A stretch of 64,000 bases of DNA. Origin: Squalus acanthias. Its lineage: Eukaryota. The stretch is from NCBI GenBank assembly GCA_030390025.1, contig CM059431.1, positions 137,642,001 through 137,706,000 on the forward strand, written 5' to 3'. The notes beneath the pieces were generated by a model, which saw nothing but the letters and a program-made list of their open reading frames with translations, was not told the origin of the DNA and searched no databases. This document shows, piece by piece, positions 43,708 through 56,559 of the stretch (position 1 is its first letter; every line of letters starts with the position of its first letter). Both the position numbers and the translations under genes were made by a program.

Positions 43708-46660
43708 ATGACAACAGAGAAGGTCATAGACTTAGGTAGCAGTGGGGAAATTAAAAAACAGAGTGTGTCAGGAAGGGGCAGAAGGTATGGAGTAAAAGGT
43801 AAAGTAATGAAAAGGGCAAAAGCAGGAACTAAGTGTCACAAAACATATTTGAAAGTTCTCTATCTGAATGCACGTAGCATTCGAAACAAAATAGACGAGT
43901 TAATGGCACAAATAACTACATATGTGTATGATCTTGTGGCCATTACAGAAACATGGCTGCAGGGTGACAATGCCTGGGAATTAAACATACCAGGTTATTT
44001 AACGATCAGGAAGGACGGGCAGGAAGGAAGGGGAGGTGGGGTGGCTATGTTAATAAAGGAAGGAATCACTGTAATACAGAGAAATGATATTGGGTCAAAA
44101 GATCAGGATAATAAAACAGTTTGTGTGGAGATAAGGAATAATAAGGGGAAAAAAACACTAGTGGGCGTAGTCTATCGGCCTCCGAACAGTTGCAACTCTG
44201 TTGGACGGAGTATCAATCGGGAAATAGTTGAGGGTTGTAATAAGGGAACATCTATAATTATGGGGGATTTTAACTATCATATTAATTGGACAAATCAAAT
44301 TGGGCAGGGCTGCCTTGAGGATGAGTTAATTGAGTGTATTAGAGATGGGTTTCTTGAGCAGTATGTAACTGAACCGACCAGGGGGCAAGAAACCTTAGAT
44401 CTGGTCCTGTGTAACGAGACAGGATTAATTAAAAATGTCCTAGTAAAGGATCCCCTTGGAATGAGTGGCCATAACATGGTTGAATACCATATTCAATTAG
44501 AAGGGTGAGAAGGTTGGATCTAAAACAAGCGTGCTAAGCTTGAATAAAGGAGACTATGAAGGTATGCAAGCGGAATTTGGTAGAGTGGATTGGGAAAATA
44601 GATTAAAGGGTAAGACGATACAAGATCAGTCGTGTACATTTAAGGAGTTATTTTTCAATTTCCAAAAAATATATATTCCACTGAGAAGAAAAGGGTGTAA
44701 AAGAAAAAACAGTCATCCGTGGCTAAGTAAAGAAATTAAGGATAGTATTCGACTAAAAACAAGGGCTTATAAGGTAGCCAAGTCTAGTGGGAGGATAGAG
44801 GATTGGGAAAACTTTAAAAGACAGCAAAAAATAACAAAAAGATTGATTAAGAAAGGGAAGATAGATTATGAAAGTAAATTAGCAAAAAATATAAAAACAG
44901 ATAGTAAGAGTTTTTATAGTTATATAAAAAGAAAAAGGGTGGCTAAAGTAAATGTTGGTCCCTTAGAGGATGAGACTGGGAAATTAATGGTGCGAAATAT
45001 GGAGATGGCAAATACACTGAATGAATAATTTGTATCAGTCTTTACAGTAGAGGAAACTAAGAATATCCCAACACTGGACAAACAGGGGGCTATAGGGGGG
45101 GAGGAGCTAAACACGATCAAAATCACTAAGGAAGTGGTACTCGGTAAAATTATGGGACTCAAGGCGGATAAATCACCTGGACCTGATGGCTTACATCCTA
45201 GGGTCTTGAGGGAAGTGGCGGTAGGGATTGTGGATGCATTGGTAATAATTTTCCAAAACTCCCTGGAATCAGCAAAGATCCTGGCAGACTGGAAAACTGC
45301 TAATGTAACACCCTTATTTAACAAGGGCAGTAGACAGAAGGCTGGAACCTATAGACCGGTTAGCCTAACATCTGTGGTAGGTAAAATGTTGGAGTCCATT
45401 ATTAAGGAGACAGTAACGGAACATTTGGAGAATCATAATTTAATAGGACAAAGTCAGCAGAGTTTTATGAAGGGGAAGTCATGTTTGACAAATTTGCAGG
45501 AGTTCTTTGAGGAAGTAACACACATTGTGGATAAAGGGGAACCAGTGGATGTGGTGCATTTAGACTTACAATAGGCATTTGACAAGGTGCCACACAAAAT
45601 ATTATTGCTTAAGTTAAAAAATCACGGGATTGGGGGTAATATTCTGGCATGGATAGAGGATTGGCTATCTAACGGAAGGCAGAGAGTTGGGATAAATGGT
45701 TCATTCTCAGATTGGGAATCAGCAACTAGTGGTGTTCCGCAGGTGTCAGTGCTGGGTCCCCAACTCTTCACAATCTATATTAACGATTTGGAGGAGGGGA
45801 CCGAGTGTAACATATCAAAGTTTGCAGATGATACTAAGATGGGAGGGAAAGTAGTGAGTGAGAAGGACATAAATAAATCTGCAAGGGGACATAGACAGGC
45901 TAAGTAAGTGGGCAGAGATTTGGCAGATGGAATACAATACTGGAAAGTGTGAGGTTATGCACTTTGGCAGGAAAAATAGTAGAGCAAGTTATTAACTAAA
46001 TGGCAAGAAACTGGAAAGTACTGAAGTACAAAGGGATCTGGGGGTCCTGGTGCACGAAACTCAAAAGGTTAGGATGCAGGTGCAGCAAGTGATTAAGAAG
46101 GCCAATGGAATGTTGGCTTTCATTGCTAAGGGGATGGAATATAAAAATAGGGAGGTATTGTTTCAGTTGTACAAGGTATTGGTGAGACCGCACCTGGAAT
46201 ACTGCATACAGTTTTGGTGTCCATGCTTAAGAAAAGACATACTTGCTCTCGAGTCAGTACAAAGAAGGTTCACTCGGTTAATCCCGGGGATGAGGGGATG
46301 GACATATGAGGAGAGGTTGTGTAGATTGGGACTCTACTCATTGGAGTTCAGAAGAATGAGAGGCGATCTTATTGAAACATATAAGATTGTGAAGGGGTTG
46401 GATCGGGTGGATGCGGGGAGGATGTTCCCGATGATGGGTGAAACTAAAACTAGGGGCCATAGTCTTCGAATAAGGGGCTGCTCTTTCAAAACTGAGATGA
46501 GAAGGAACTACTTCACTCAGAGGGTGGTAGGTCCATGGAATATGCTGCCCCAAAAAGCTGTAGAAGCTACATCATGACATAAATTTAAAACAGAAATATA
46601 CAGTTTCCTAGAAGTAAAAGGAATTAAGGGTTACGGGGAGCGGGCAGGAATTTGGACATG
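43708..46660 (+). pseudogene. Outer CR1 ORF2 (APE-RT), disrupted
   Basis: Collinear with 35790-38741 but split into ORFs 43708-44508, 44531-45028, 45134-45574, 45587-45907 and 46050-46577. Confidence 0.93.
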
Positions 46661-49565
46661 GGTCTAGGTTCGGATCGGTCATGGCACTGTGGGGCCGTGT
46701 AGCCTGATCCTGCTCCTATTTCGTGTGTCCAATTCTGTTAGGTTCAGGAGATGGTTCTGTGAAATTAGATTGGCGGTTAGGATCAGATCAACCATGATCT
46801 TATTGAATGGCGGAGCAGGCTCGAGGGGCCAATTGGCCTACTCCTGCTCCTATTTCTTATGTTCTTATGTTCTTATTTAATGTTCGAGTAGGGTCACCAC
46901 CAGTAATGTTGCGGTAGGTTAACCACCAGTAATGTTAGAGTACAATCACCACCAGTATTGTTAGAGCAGGGTCATCACCAGTAATGTTAGAGTCGAGACA
47001 ACACAACATTTATGTTACGGTATGGTCAATACCATTAATATTAGCGTGGATTCACCATCATTAATGTTAGTATAGGGTCAGCACCAGTAATGTTAGTGTA
47101 GTTTCACCAACAGCAATTCTAGAGTAAGTCGACATCAGTATTGTTAGTTTAAGTTCCCCACCATTGATTTTAGAGTAGGGTCACAATCAGCTATGTTAGA
47201 GCAGTGTCACCATCAGTTGTGTTAGTGGTGTTTCACCACCTGTAACGTTAGAACAGTGTTACCACCAGCAAAGTTAGAGTACAGTCACCATAAATAATGT
47301 TCGAATTTGGTCAAAACCATTACTGTTACAGTAGAGACACCAGCACTAATTTAAGATTGGTTCACCGCCGTTAATGCTCGAGTAAGGTCAACACCAGAAA
47401 TGTTCGAGCATGTCCAGCACAATTAATGTTAGATTAGGATCAACACCAGTCGTGTTAGTGTAGCGTCACCAAGAGTAATTTTCGAGTAGTGCCACCTTCA
47501 GTAAAAAAAAAGTAGAGTCACCACCAATAATGTTAGAGCAGGGAAACCACAAATTTAAAGTTGGAGTAGGGTCAGCTAACCTAATGTTAGAATGATTTTC
47601 CACCAGTAAGGTTAGAGTAGCGTCTCCAACAGTAATGATAGAGCAGTGTCAATACAGTAATGTTAGAGTAGAGTCTCCACCAGTAATGTTATAGTAGCGT
47701 CACCACAAATAATGTTAGTGTAGGATTGCCATCATTAATGATAGACTAGAGATAATACCAGTAATGTTAGAGTGAAAAAGCACCAGTAATGTTAGCGTAG
47801 GAACAACACCATTAATTTTAGTGTAGAATCACCACCATTAATTTCAGAGTAGGCACGCCTCCAGTAATGTAATGGTAGGGTCACCAGCAGTAATGTTAGA
47901 GCTGCGACACCACCAGTAATATTAGAGCAGTTTCACGACCAGTAATGTTAGAGTTGAGACACCACCAGTAATGTTAGAGCAGGTTCCCCACCAGTAATTT
48001 TCGAGTAGGGGCACCACCAGTAATGTCAGAGTAGGGTCACCAGTAGTAATGTTAGAGTAGGGTCACCACCAGTATTGTTAGAGCAGGTTCACCACCAGTA
48101 ATGTTAGAGCAGGTTCACCATCAGTAATGTTAGATTAGGCTCACCCCCAGCAATGATAGAGTAGGGTCACCATCAATAATGAAGGAGTAGGATCACTACC
48201 AGCAACGGTAGCCTAGATTCCTGGCATGTGCAGTGAGTGTAGGATCAACTTCAAGAGTGTTAGCGTAGGGTCATCACCTGTGAGGTTAGAGTAGGATCAA
48301 CAACATTATTGTCAGCGTCGTGTCATCAGCAGTAAAGATAGAGTAGGTTCACCACCAATAATGTTAGAGCAGGTTCACCATCAGCAATGGTAGAGAAGAG
48401 TCACCACCAGTAATGGTACAGTAGGGGCACATCCAGTAATGTTAGAGCAGGTTCACCACCAGTCATGTTAGAGCAGGTTCACCACCAGTAATGTTAGAGC
48501 AGGTTCACCACCAGTAATGTTAGAGCTGGTTCACCATCAATAATGAAGGAGCAGGATCACTACCAGCAACGGTAGCCTAGATTCGTGGCATGTACAGTGA
48601 GTGTAGGATCAACTTCAGTAATGTTAGCGTAGGGACATCACCTGCAAGGTTACAGTAGGATCAACACCATTAATGTCAGCGTCGTGTCATCAGTAGTAAT
48701 GTTAGAGTAGGGTCACCAGCATTAATGTTATAGTAGGTTCACCACCAGTAATGTTAGAGTTGGGTCACCACCAGTAATGTTAGAGAAGAGTCACCAGCAG
48801 TAGTGCTGGAGTACAGTCACCACCAGTAATGATGGAGTAGTGTCACCACCAGTAATGTTAGAGCAGAGTCACCACCAGTAATGTTATAGTATAGTCACCA
48901 CCAGTAATGTTTGAGAAGGGTCACCACCAGTAATGTTAAAGTAGAGTCACAACGAGTAATTTTAGATTAGAATCACCACCAGTAATGTTAGAGGAGATTC
49001 ACCACGAGTAATGATAGATTAGAGACACCACCAGTAATGTTAGAGCAGAGTCACCACCAGTAAAGTTAGAGAAGAGTCACCAGCAGTAGGGTTAGAGTAG
49101 AGTCACCAGCAGTAGTGCTGGAGTAAAGTCACCACCAGTAATGTTAGAGTAGTGTCATCACCAGTAATGTAAGAGCAGCGTCACCACCAGTAATGTTAGA
49201 GTATAGTCACCACCAGTAAAGTTAGAGTAGGGTCCTCACCAGTAATGTTCGATAGAGACACCATCAGTAATGTTAGAGCAGAGTCACCACCTGTAATGTT
49301 AGAGGAGGGTCACCACCAGTAATGTTAGAGCAGAGTCACCACCAGTAATTTTAGCGTAGATACACCACCAGTAATGTTAGATTAGAGTCACCACCAGTAA
49401 GGTTAGTGTAGAGACACCACCAGTTATGTTAGTGCAGATTCACAACCAGTAATGTTAGAGTAGGTTCACCACTAGTAACGTTAGAGTAGGGTCACCACCA
49501 GTAATGTTAGAGCAGGTTCACCACCAGTAATGCTAGAGCAGGTTCGACACCAGTGTTGTTACAGT

Positions 49566-50170
49566 GATGCTACAGTTGTACAGGGCCTTGGTGAGGCCAC
49601 ACCTGGAGTATTGTGCGCAGTTTTGGTCTCCTAACTTAAGGAAGGACATTCTTGCTATTGAGGGAGTGCAGCGAAGGTTCACTAGATTGATTCCTGGGAT
49701 GGCCGGACTGACATATCAAGAAAGATTGGGTCAACTGAACTTGTATCCTCTGGAGTTCAGAAGAATGAGGGGGGATCTTATAGAGACATTTAAAATCCTG
49801 ACTGGTTTAGACAAATTAGATGCGGGCAGAATGTTCCCAATGGTAGGGAAAACTAGAACCAGGGGTCACAGTCTAAGGATTAAGGGGAAGCCATTTAGGA
49901 CTGAGCTGAGGAGGAACTTCTTCACCCAGAGAGTGGTGAATCTATGGAATTCTCTTCCACAGAAGGTTGTTGAGGCCAGTTCGCTAAATATATTCAAAAG
50001 GGAGTTAGATATAACACTCACAACTAAGGGGATCAAGGGGTATGGCGAGAAAGCAGGAATGGGGTACTGAGGTAGCATGTTCAGCCATGAACGTATTGAA
50101 TGGCGGTGCAGGCTCGAAGGACCGAATGGTCTACTCCTGTACCTATTTTCTATGTTTCTATGTTTCTATG
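49566..50170 (+). mobile_element. 5'-truncated CR1 of a different subfamily, inserted in the satellite
   Basis: ORF 49564-50070 (LYRALVRPHLEYCAQFWSP...); single 3' stem-loop module; (TATGTTTC)n tail. Confidence 0.93.
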
Positions 50171-53100
50171 TTAGAGTTGAGTCAACAGCAGTAATGATAG
50201 AGTAGGGTCACCGCCACTAATGTTAGAGTAGGGTCACCACCAGTAATGTTACAGTCGGGTTACAAACTGAAATGTTAGAGCAGGGTCAACACCAGTAATT
50301 GCAGAGTAGGGTCACCACCAGTAATGTTAGAGTAGGGTCACCCCAATAATGTTAGAATAGCTTCAACACCAGTAATGTTAGATTAGAGTCACCACCAGTA
50401 AGGTTAGTGTAGAGACACCACCAGTTATGTTAGTGCAGATTCACAACCAGTAATGTTAGAGTAGGTTCACCACTAGTAATGTTAGAGTAGGGTCACCACC
50501 AGTAATGTTAGAGCAGGTTCACCACCAGTAATGTTAGAGCAGGTTCGCCACCAGTTTTGTTAGAGCACGGTCACCACCAGTAATGTTAGAGCAGAGTCAC
50601 CACCAGTAATGTTAAAGTAGAGTCACCACCAGTAATGTTAGAGTAGAGTCACCATCAGTAATGTTAGAGTAGGGTCACCGCCAGTAATGTTAGAGTAGGG
50701 TCACCACCAGTAATGCCAGAGTAGAGTCACAAGCAGTAATATTAGAGTAGAGTCACCTCCAGTAATGTTCGAGCAGAGTCACCAGCAGTAATGTTAGAGT
50801 AGGTTCACCACCAGTAATGTTAGAGTAGGGTCACCAGCAGTAATGTTATAGTAGTTTCACCACCAGTAATGTTAGAGTTGGGTCACCACCAGTAATGATA
50901 GATTAGGGTCCTCACCAGTAATGTTAGTGTAGTGACACCACAGTAATGTTAGAGTAGACTCACCACCAGTAATGTTAGAGAAGAGTCACCAGCAGTAGTG
51001 TTAGAGTAGAGAAACCACCAGTAATGTTATAGTAGAGTCACCACCAGTAATGTTAGAGGAGTGTCATCACCACTAATGTAAGAGCAGCGTCACTACTAGT
51101 AATGTCAGAGTAGAGTCACCGCCAGTAATGTTAGAGTAGGGTCACAAGCAGTAATGTTAGAGTAGTGTCACAACCAGCAATGTTTGAGTAGAGTCACCAG
51201 CAGTAATGTTAGAGTAGGTTCACCAGCAGTAGTGTTAGCGTAGAGTCACCATAAGTAATTTTAGATTAGAATCACCCCCAGTTATATTAGAGTATAGTCA
51301 CCACCAGTAATGTTAGAGTAGGGTCCTCGCCAGTAATGTTCGATAGAGACACCAACAGTAATATTAGAGCAGAGTCACCACCTGTAATGTTAGTGTGGAG
51401 ACACCACCAGTAATGTTAGAGCAGAGTCACAGCCAGTAATGTTAGATAGATTCACCAGCAGTAGTGTTAGAGTAGAGTCACCACCAGTAACGTTAGAGTA
51501 GAGTCAACACCAGTAAGTTTAGAGTAGTGTCACCACCAGTAATGTTAGAGTAGAGTCACCACCAGTAATGTTAGAGTAGGGTCACCAGCAGTAGTGTTAG
51601 AGTAGACTCACCACCAGTAATGTTAGAGCAGAGTCACCACCAGTAATGTTAGAATAGAGCCACCAGCAGTAGTGCTAGACTAGAGTCACCACCAGTAATG
51701 TTAGAGGAGGGTCACCACCAGTAATGTTAGAGCAGAACCAACACCAGTAATTTTAGCGTAGACACGCCACCAGTAATGTTAGAGCAGGGTCCCCACCAGT
51801 AATGTTATTGTAGGGTCACCAGCTGTAATGTTAGAGAAGAGTCAGGACTGGTAATGGTAGAGTAGTGCCACAACTGGTAATGCTAGAGTTGAGACACCAC
51901 CAGTTATGTTAGAGCAGTTGTCACCACCAGTAATGTTATAGTAGGTTCACCACCAGTAATTTTAGATTAGAATCACCACCAGTAATGATAGAGTAGAGTC
52001 ACCACCGGTAATGTTAGAGTAGTGTCATCACCAGTAATGTTAAAATAGAGTCACCGCCAGTAATGTTAGAGTAGGCTCACCACCAGTATAGATAGAGTAG
52101 TGTCACCACCAGTGATGTTAGAGTAGAGTCACCCACAGTAATGTTACAGTCGTGCCACCACCAGTAATTTCAGAGGAGAGACGCCAGCAGTATTGTTAGA
52201 GTAGGGTCACCACCAGGAATGTTAGTGTAGGGTCACCACTAGTAATGTTATAGTAGGGTCTCCTCCAGTAATGTTAGTGTTGAGACACCACCAGTAATGT
52301 TGGAGTAGATCACCAACCATATTGTTCGAGTAGGTCACCACCAGCAATGTTAGAGCAGGTTCACAACCAGTAATGTTAGAGTAGTGTCACCACTGGTAAT
52401 GTTAGAATAGGGTCACCACCAGTAATGTTGGAGCTGCGACACCACCAGTTATATTAGAGCAGGTTCACGACCAGTAATGTTAGAGTTGAGACACCACGAG
52501 TACTGTTAGAGCAAGTTCACCACCAGAAATGTTAGAGTAGAGTCACAACCATTAATGTTAGAGTAGGTTCACCACCAGTAATGTTAGAGTAGGTCACCAC
52601 CAGTAATGTTAGAGCAGGTTCACCACCAGTAATGCTAGAGTAGAGACACCAGCAGTAATGTTAGAGTAGGGTCACCATCCAGTAATGTTAGATTAGGTTC
52701 ACCACCAGTAATGTTAGGATAGGGTCACCAGCAGTAATGTTAGAGTAGGGTCACGACCAGTAATGTTAGGGCAGGGTCATGACCAGTAATGTTAGAGCAG
52801 GGTAACCACCAGTAATGTTAGATTAGAATCACCACCAGTAATGCTAGAGTAGGGTCACCAACGGTAATGTTAGATTAGAATCACCACCAGTAATGCTAGA
52901 GTAGGTTCACCACCAGTAATGGTAGATTAGAATCACCACCAGTAAGTTAGACTAGAGTCGCCACGAGTAATGATAGAGTAGGGCCTCACCAGTTATGTTA
53001 GAGTAGAGACACCACCAATAATGTTGTAGTAGAATCACCAGCAGTAGTGTTAGAGAAGAGTCACCACCGGTAATGTTAGAGTAGGGTCACCACCATTAAT

Positions 53101-56100
53101 GTTAGCATAGGGTCAATAGAATAATGTTATAGTAGGTTCACCACCAGTAATGTTAGACAAGAGTCATCACCAGTAATTTTAGAGCAGAGTCGCCACCATT
53201 AATGTTAGTGTAGGTTCACCACCAGTAATGTTACAGTCGATTCACCAACACTAATGAAGGAGTAGGATCACTACCAGCAATGGTAGCCTGGATTAATGGC
53301 ATGTACTGTGAGTGTAGGATCAACTTCAGTAGTGTTAGCGTAGGGTCATCACTTGAAATGTTATCTAGGATCAACAACATTAATGTCAGCGTCGTGTAAT
53401 CCCCATTAATGTTAGAGTAGGGACACCACCAGCAATGTTATAGTAGAGTCACCAGCAGTAGTGTTAGAGTAGAGTCACCACCGGTAATGTTAGATTAGGG
53501 TCACCACCTGTAATGTTAGAGTAGTGTCACCACGAGTAATGTTAGAGCAGAGTCACCACCAGTAAAGTTAGAGTAGGATCACCATCAGTAATATTAGTGT
53601 AGGGTCACCACCAGTAATGTCAGAGTAGGGTCACCACCAGTAATGTTAGAGCAGAGTCAGCACCAGTAATAGTAGTGTAGGGTCACCAGCAGTAATGTTA
53701 GAGTAGGTTCATCTCCAGTAATGTTAACATAGGGTCACCAGCATAATGTTATAGTAATTTCACCACCAGTAATGTTAGAGAAGAGTCATCACCAGTAATG
53801 TTAGAATAGAGTCACCACCAGTAATGTTGGAGTAGAGTCATCAAAAGTAATGTTGGAGTAGATTCACCACCAGTAATGTTAGAGTAGGGTCACCACTAGT
53901 AATATTAGTGTAGGGTCACCGCCAGTAATGTTAGAGCAGGGTCAACAGCAGAAATGTTAGAGTAGGGTCACCAACAGTAATGTTAGAGCAGGTGCACCAC
54001 CAGTAATGTTAGATTAGAATCACCACCAGTAATTTTGGAGCAGAGTCACCACCAGTAATGTTAGATTAGAATCACCACCAGTAATATTAGTGTAGGGTCA
54101 CCAGCAGTAATGTCAGAGTAGGGTCCCCAGCAGTAATTTTAGAGTAGGTTCATCTCCAGTAATGTTAGCGTAGGTTCACTAGCATTATGTTATAGTAGGT
54201 TCACCACCAGTAATGTTAGAGAAGAGTCATCACCAGTAATGTTAGAGTAGAGTCGCCACCAGTAATGTTAGAGCAGAGTCGCCACCAGTAATGTTGCAGT
54301 AGTTTCACCACCAGTAATGTTAGAGTAGGGTCACCACCAGTAATATTAGTGTAGGGTCACCAGCAGTAATGTTAGAGCAGGGTCACAACCAATAAAGTTA
54401 GAGCAGATTCACCACCAGTAATGTTAGAGTAAGAGTCATCAGCAGTAATGTTAGAGTAGGGTCGCCACCAGTACTGTTAGAGTTGGGTCACCACCAGTAA
54501 TGTTAGAGTAGGGTCACCTCCAGTAATGTTAGAGCAGGGTCATCACCAGTAATGTTAGAGTAGGGTCACCTCCAGTAATGTTAGAGCAGAGTCACCACCA
54601 GTAAAGTTAGAGTAAGAGTCATCAGCAGTAATGTTAGAGTAGAGTCACCACCAGTAATGTTAGAGCAGAGTCACCACCAGTAATATTAGTGTAGGGTCAC
54701 CAGCAGTAATGTTAGAGTAGGTTCATCTCCAGTAATGTTAGCGTAGGGTCACTAGCATAATGTTATAGTAGGTTCACCACCAGTAATGTTAGAGAAGAGT
54801 CATCACCAGTAATGTTGGAGTAGAGTCGCCACCAGTAATGTTGGAGTAGAGTCACCAGCAGTAGTGTTAGAGTAGATTCAGCACCAGTAATGTTAGAGTA
54901 GGGTCTCCGTCAGTAATGTTAGAGCAGGGTCACAACCAATAACGTTAGAGCAGGTTCACCACCAGTAATGTTACAGTATGGTCACCACCAGTAATGTTAC
55001 AGTCGGTTCACCAACACTAATGAAGGAGTAGGATCACTACCAGCAATGATAGCCTAGATTAATGGCATGTACTGTGATTGTAGGATCAACTTCAGTAGTG
55101 TTAGCGTAGGGTCATCAATTGAAAGTTATCTAGGATCAACAACATTAATGTCAGCGTCGTGTAATCACCATTAATGTTAGAGTAGGGACACCACTAGCAA
55201 TGTTAGAGTAGGGTCACCACCAGTAATGTTAGAGTAGAGTCACCACCAGTAATGTTAGCGTTGGGTCACCAGCATAATGTTATAGTAGGTTCACCAACAG
55301 TAATATTAGAGAAGAGTCATCACCAGTAATGTTAGAGCACAGTCGCCACCAGTAATGTTGGTGTAGAGTCACCAACAGTAATGTTGGAGTAGTGTCACCA
55401 CGAGTAATGTTAGAGCAGAGTCACCAGCAGTAATGTTAGAGTCGGGTCACCATCCAGTAATGTTAGATTAGGTTCACCACCAGTAATGGTAGGATAGGGT
55501 CATCACCAGTAATGTTAGAGTAGGGTAACGACCAGTAATGTTAGAGCAGGGTCACGACCAGTAATGTTAGAGCAGGGTCACCACCGGTAATGTCAGAGTA
55601 GGGTCACCAGCAGTAATGTATAGCACGTTCACCACCAGTAATGTTAGAGTAGATTCACCACCAGTAATGTTAGAGTAGAGTCACCAGCAGTAATGTTAGG
55701 GTAAAATCACCACCAGTTATGTTAGATTAGGGTCAAAACCAGTAATGTTAGATTAGAATCACCTCCAGTAATGCAAGAGTAGGTTCACCACCAGTAACGG
55801 TAGATTAGAATCACCACCAGTAATGTTAGAAAAGAGTCATCACCAGTAATTTACTATTAGAAACACCACCAGTAAGTTAGACTAGAGTCGCCACGAGTAA
55901 TGATAGAGTAGGGCCTCACCTGTTTTGTTAGAGTAGGGTCACCACAAGTAATGTTAGAGTAGTGTCACCACCAGTAATGTTAGAGCAGAGTCACCACCAG
56001 TAATGTTAGAGTATGGTCACCACCAGTAATGTTAGAGTTGGTTCATCACCAGTAATGTTAGCGTAGGGTCACGAGCATAATGTTATAGTACGTTCACCAC

Positions 56101-56559
56101 CATTCATGTTAGAGAAGAGTCATCACGAGTAATGTTAGAGTAGAGTCACCACCAGTAATGTTTGATTAGAGTCACCACCAGTAATTTTAGATTAGAATCA
56201 CCACCAGTAATGTGAGAGCAGAGTCACCAGCAGTAGTGTTAGAGTAGAGTCACCACCAGTAATGTTAGAGTAGTGTCACCACCAGTAATGTTAGGATTGG
56301 GTCACCACCAGTAATTTTAGAGTAGTTTCACCACCAGTAATGTTAGATTAGAATCACCAACAGTAATATTAGAGCAGGGTCACCATCAGTAATGTTAGCG
56401 TAGGGTCACCAGCAGTAATGTATAGCAGGTTCACCAGCGGTAATGTTAGAGTAGAGACACCAGCAGTAATGTTAGAGCAGAGTCAACACCAGTAATTTTA
56501 GATTAGAATCACCAACAGTAAGTTAGAGTAGTGTCACCACCAGTAATGTTAGAGCAGAG

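Larger units (their letters stand above)
34994..46876 (+). mobile_element. Full-length decayed CR1 (outer element) carrying three nested insertions in its 5' UTR
   Basis: 5' UTR pieces 34994-35019, 38981-39109, 42123-42258 and 42442-42713. ORF1 42714-43667 and ORF2 43708-~46660 have stops and frameshifts. (TATGTTCT)n tail ends ~46876, then the satellite resumes. Confidence 0.8.
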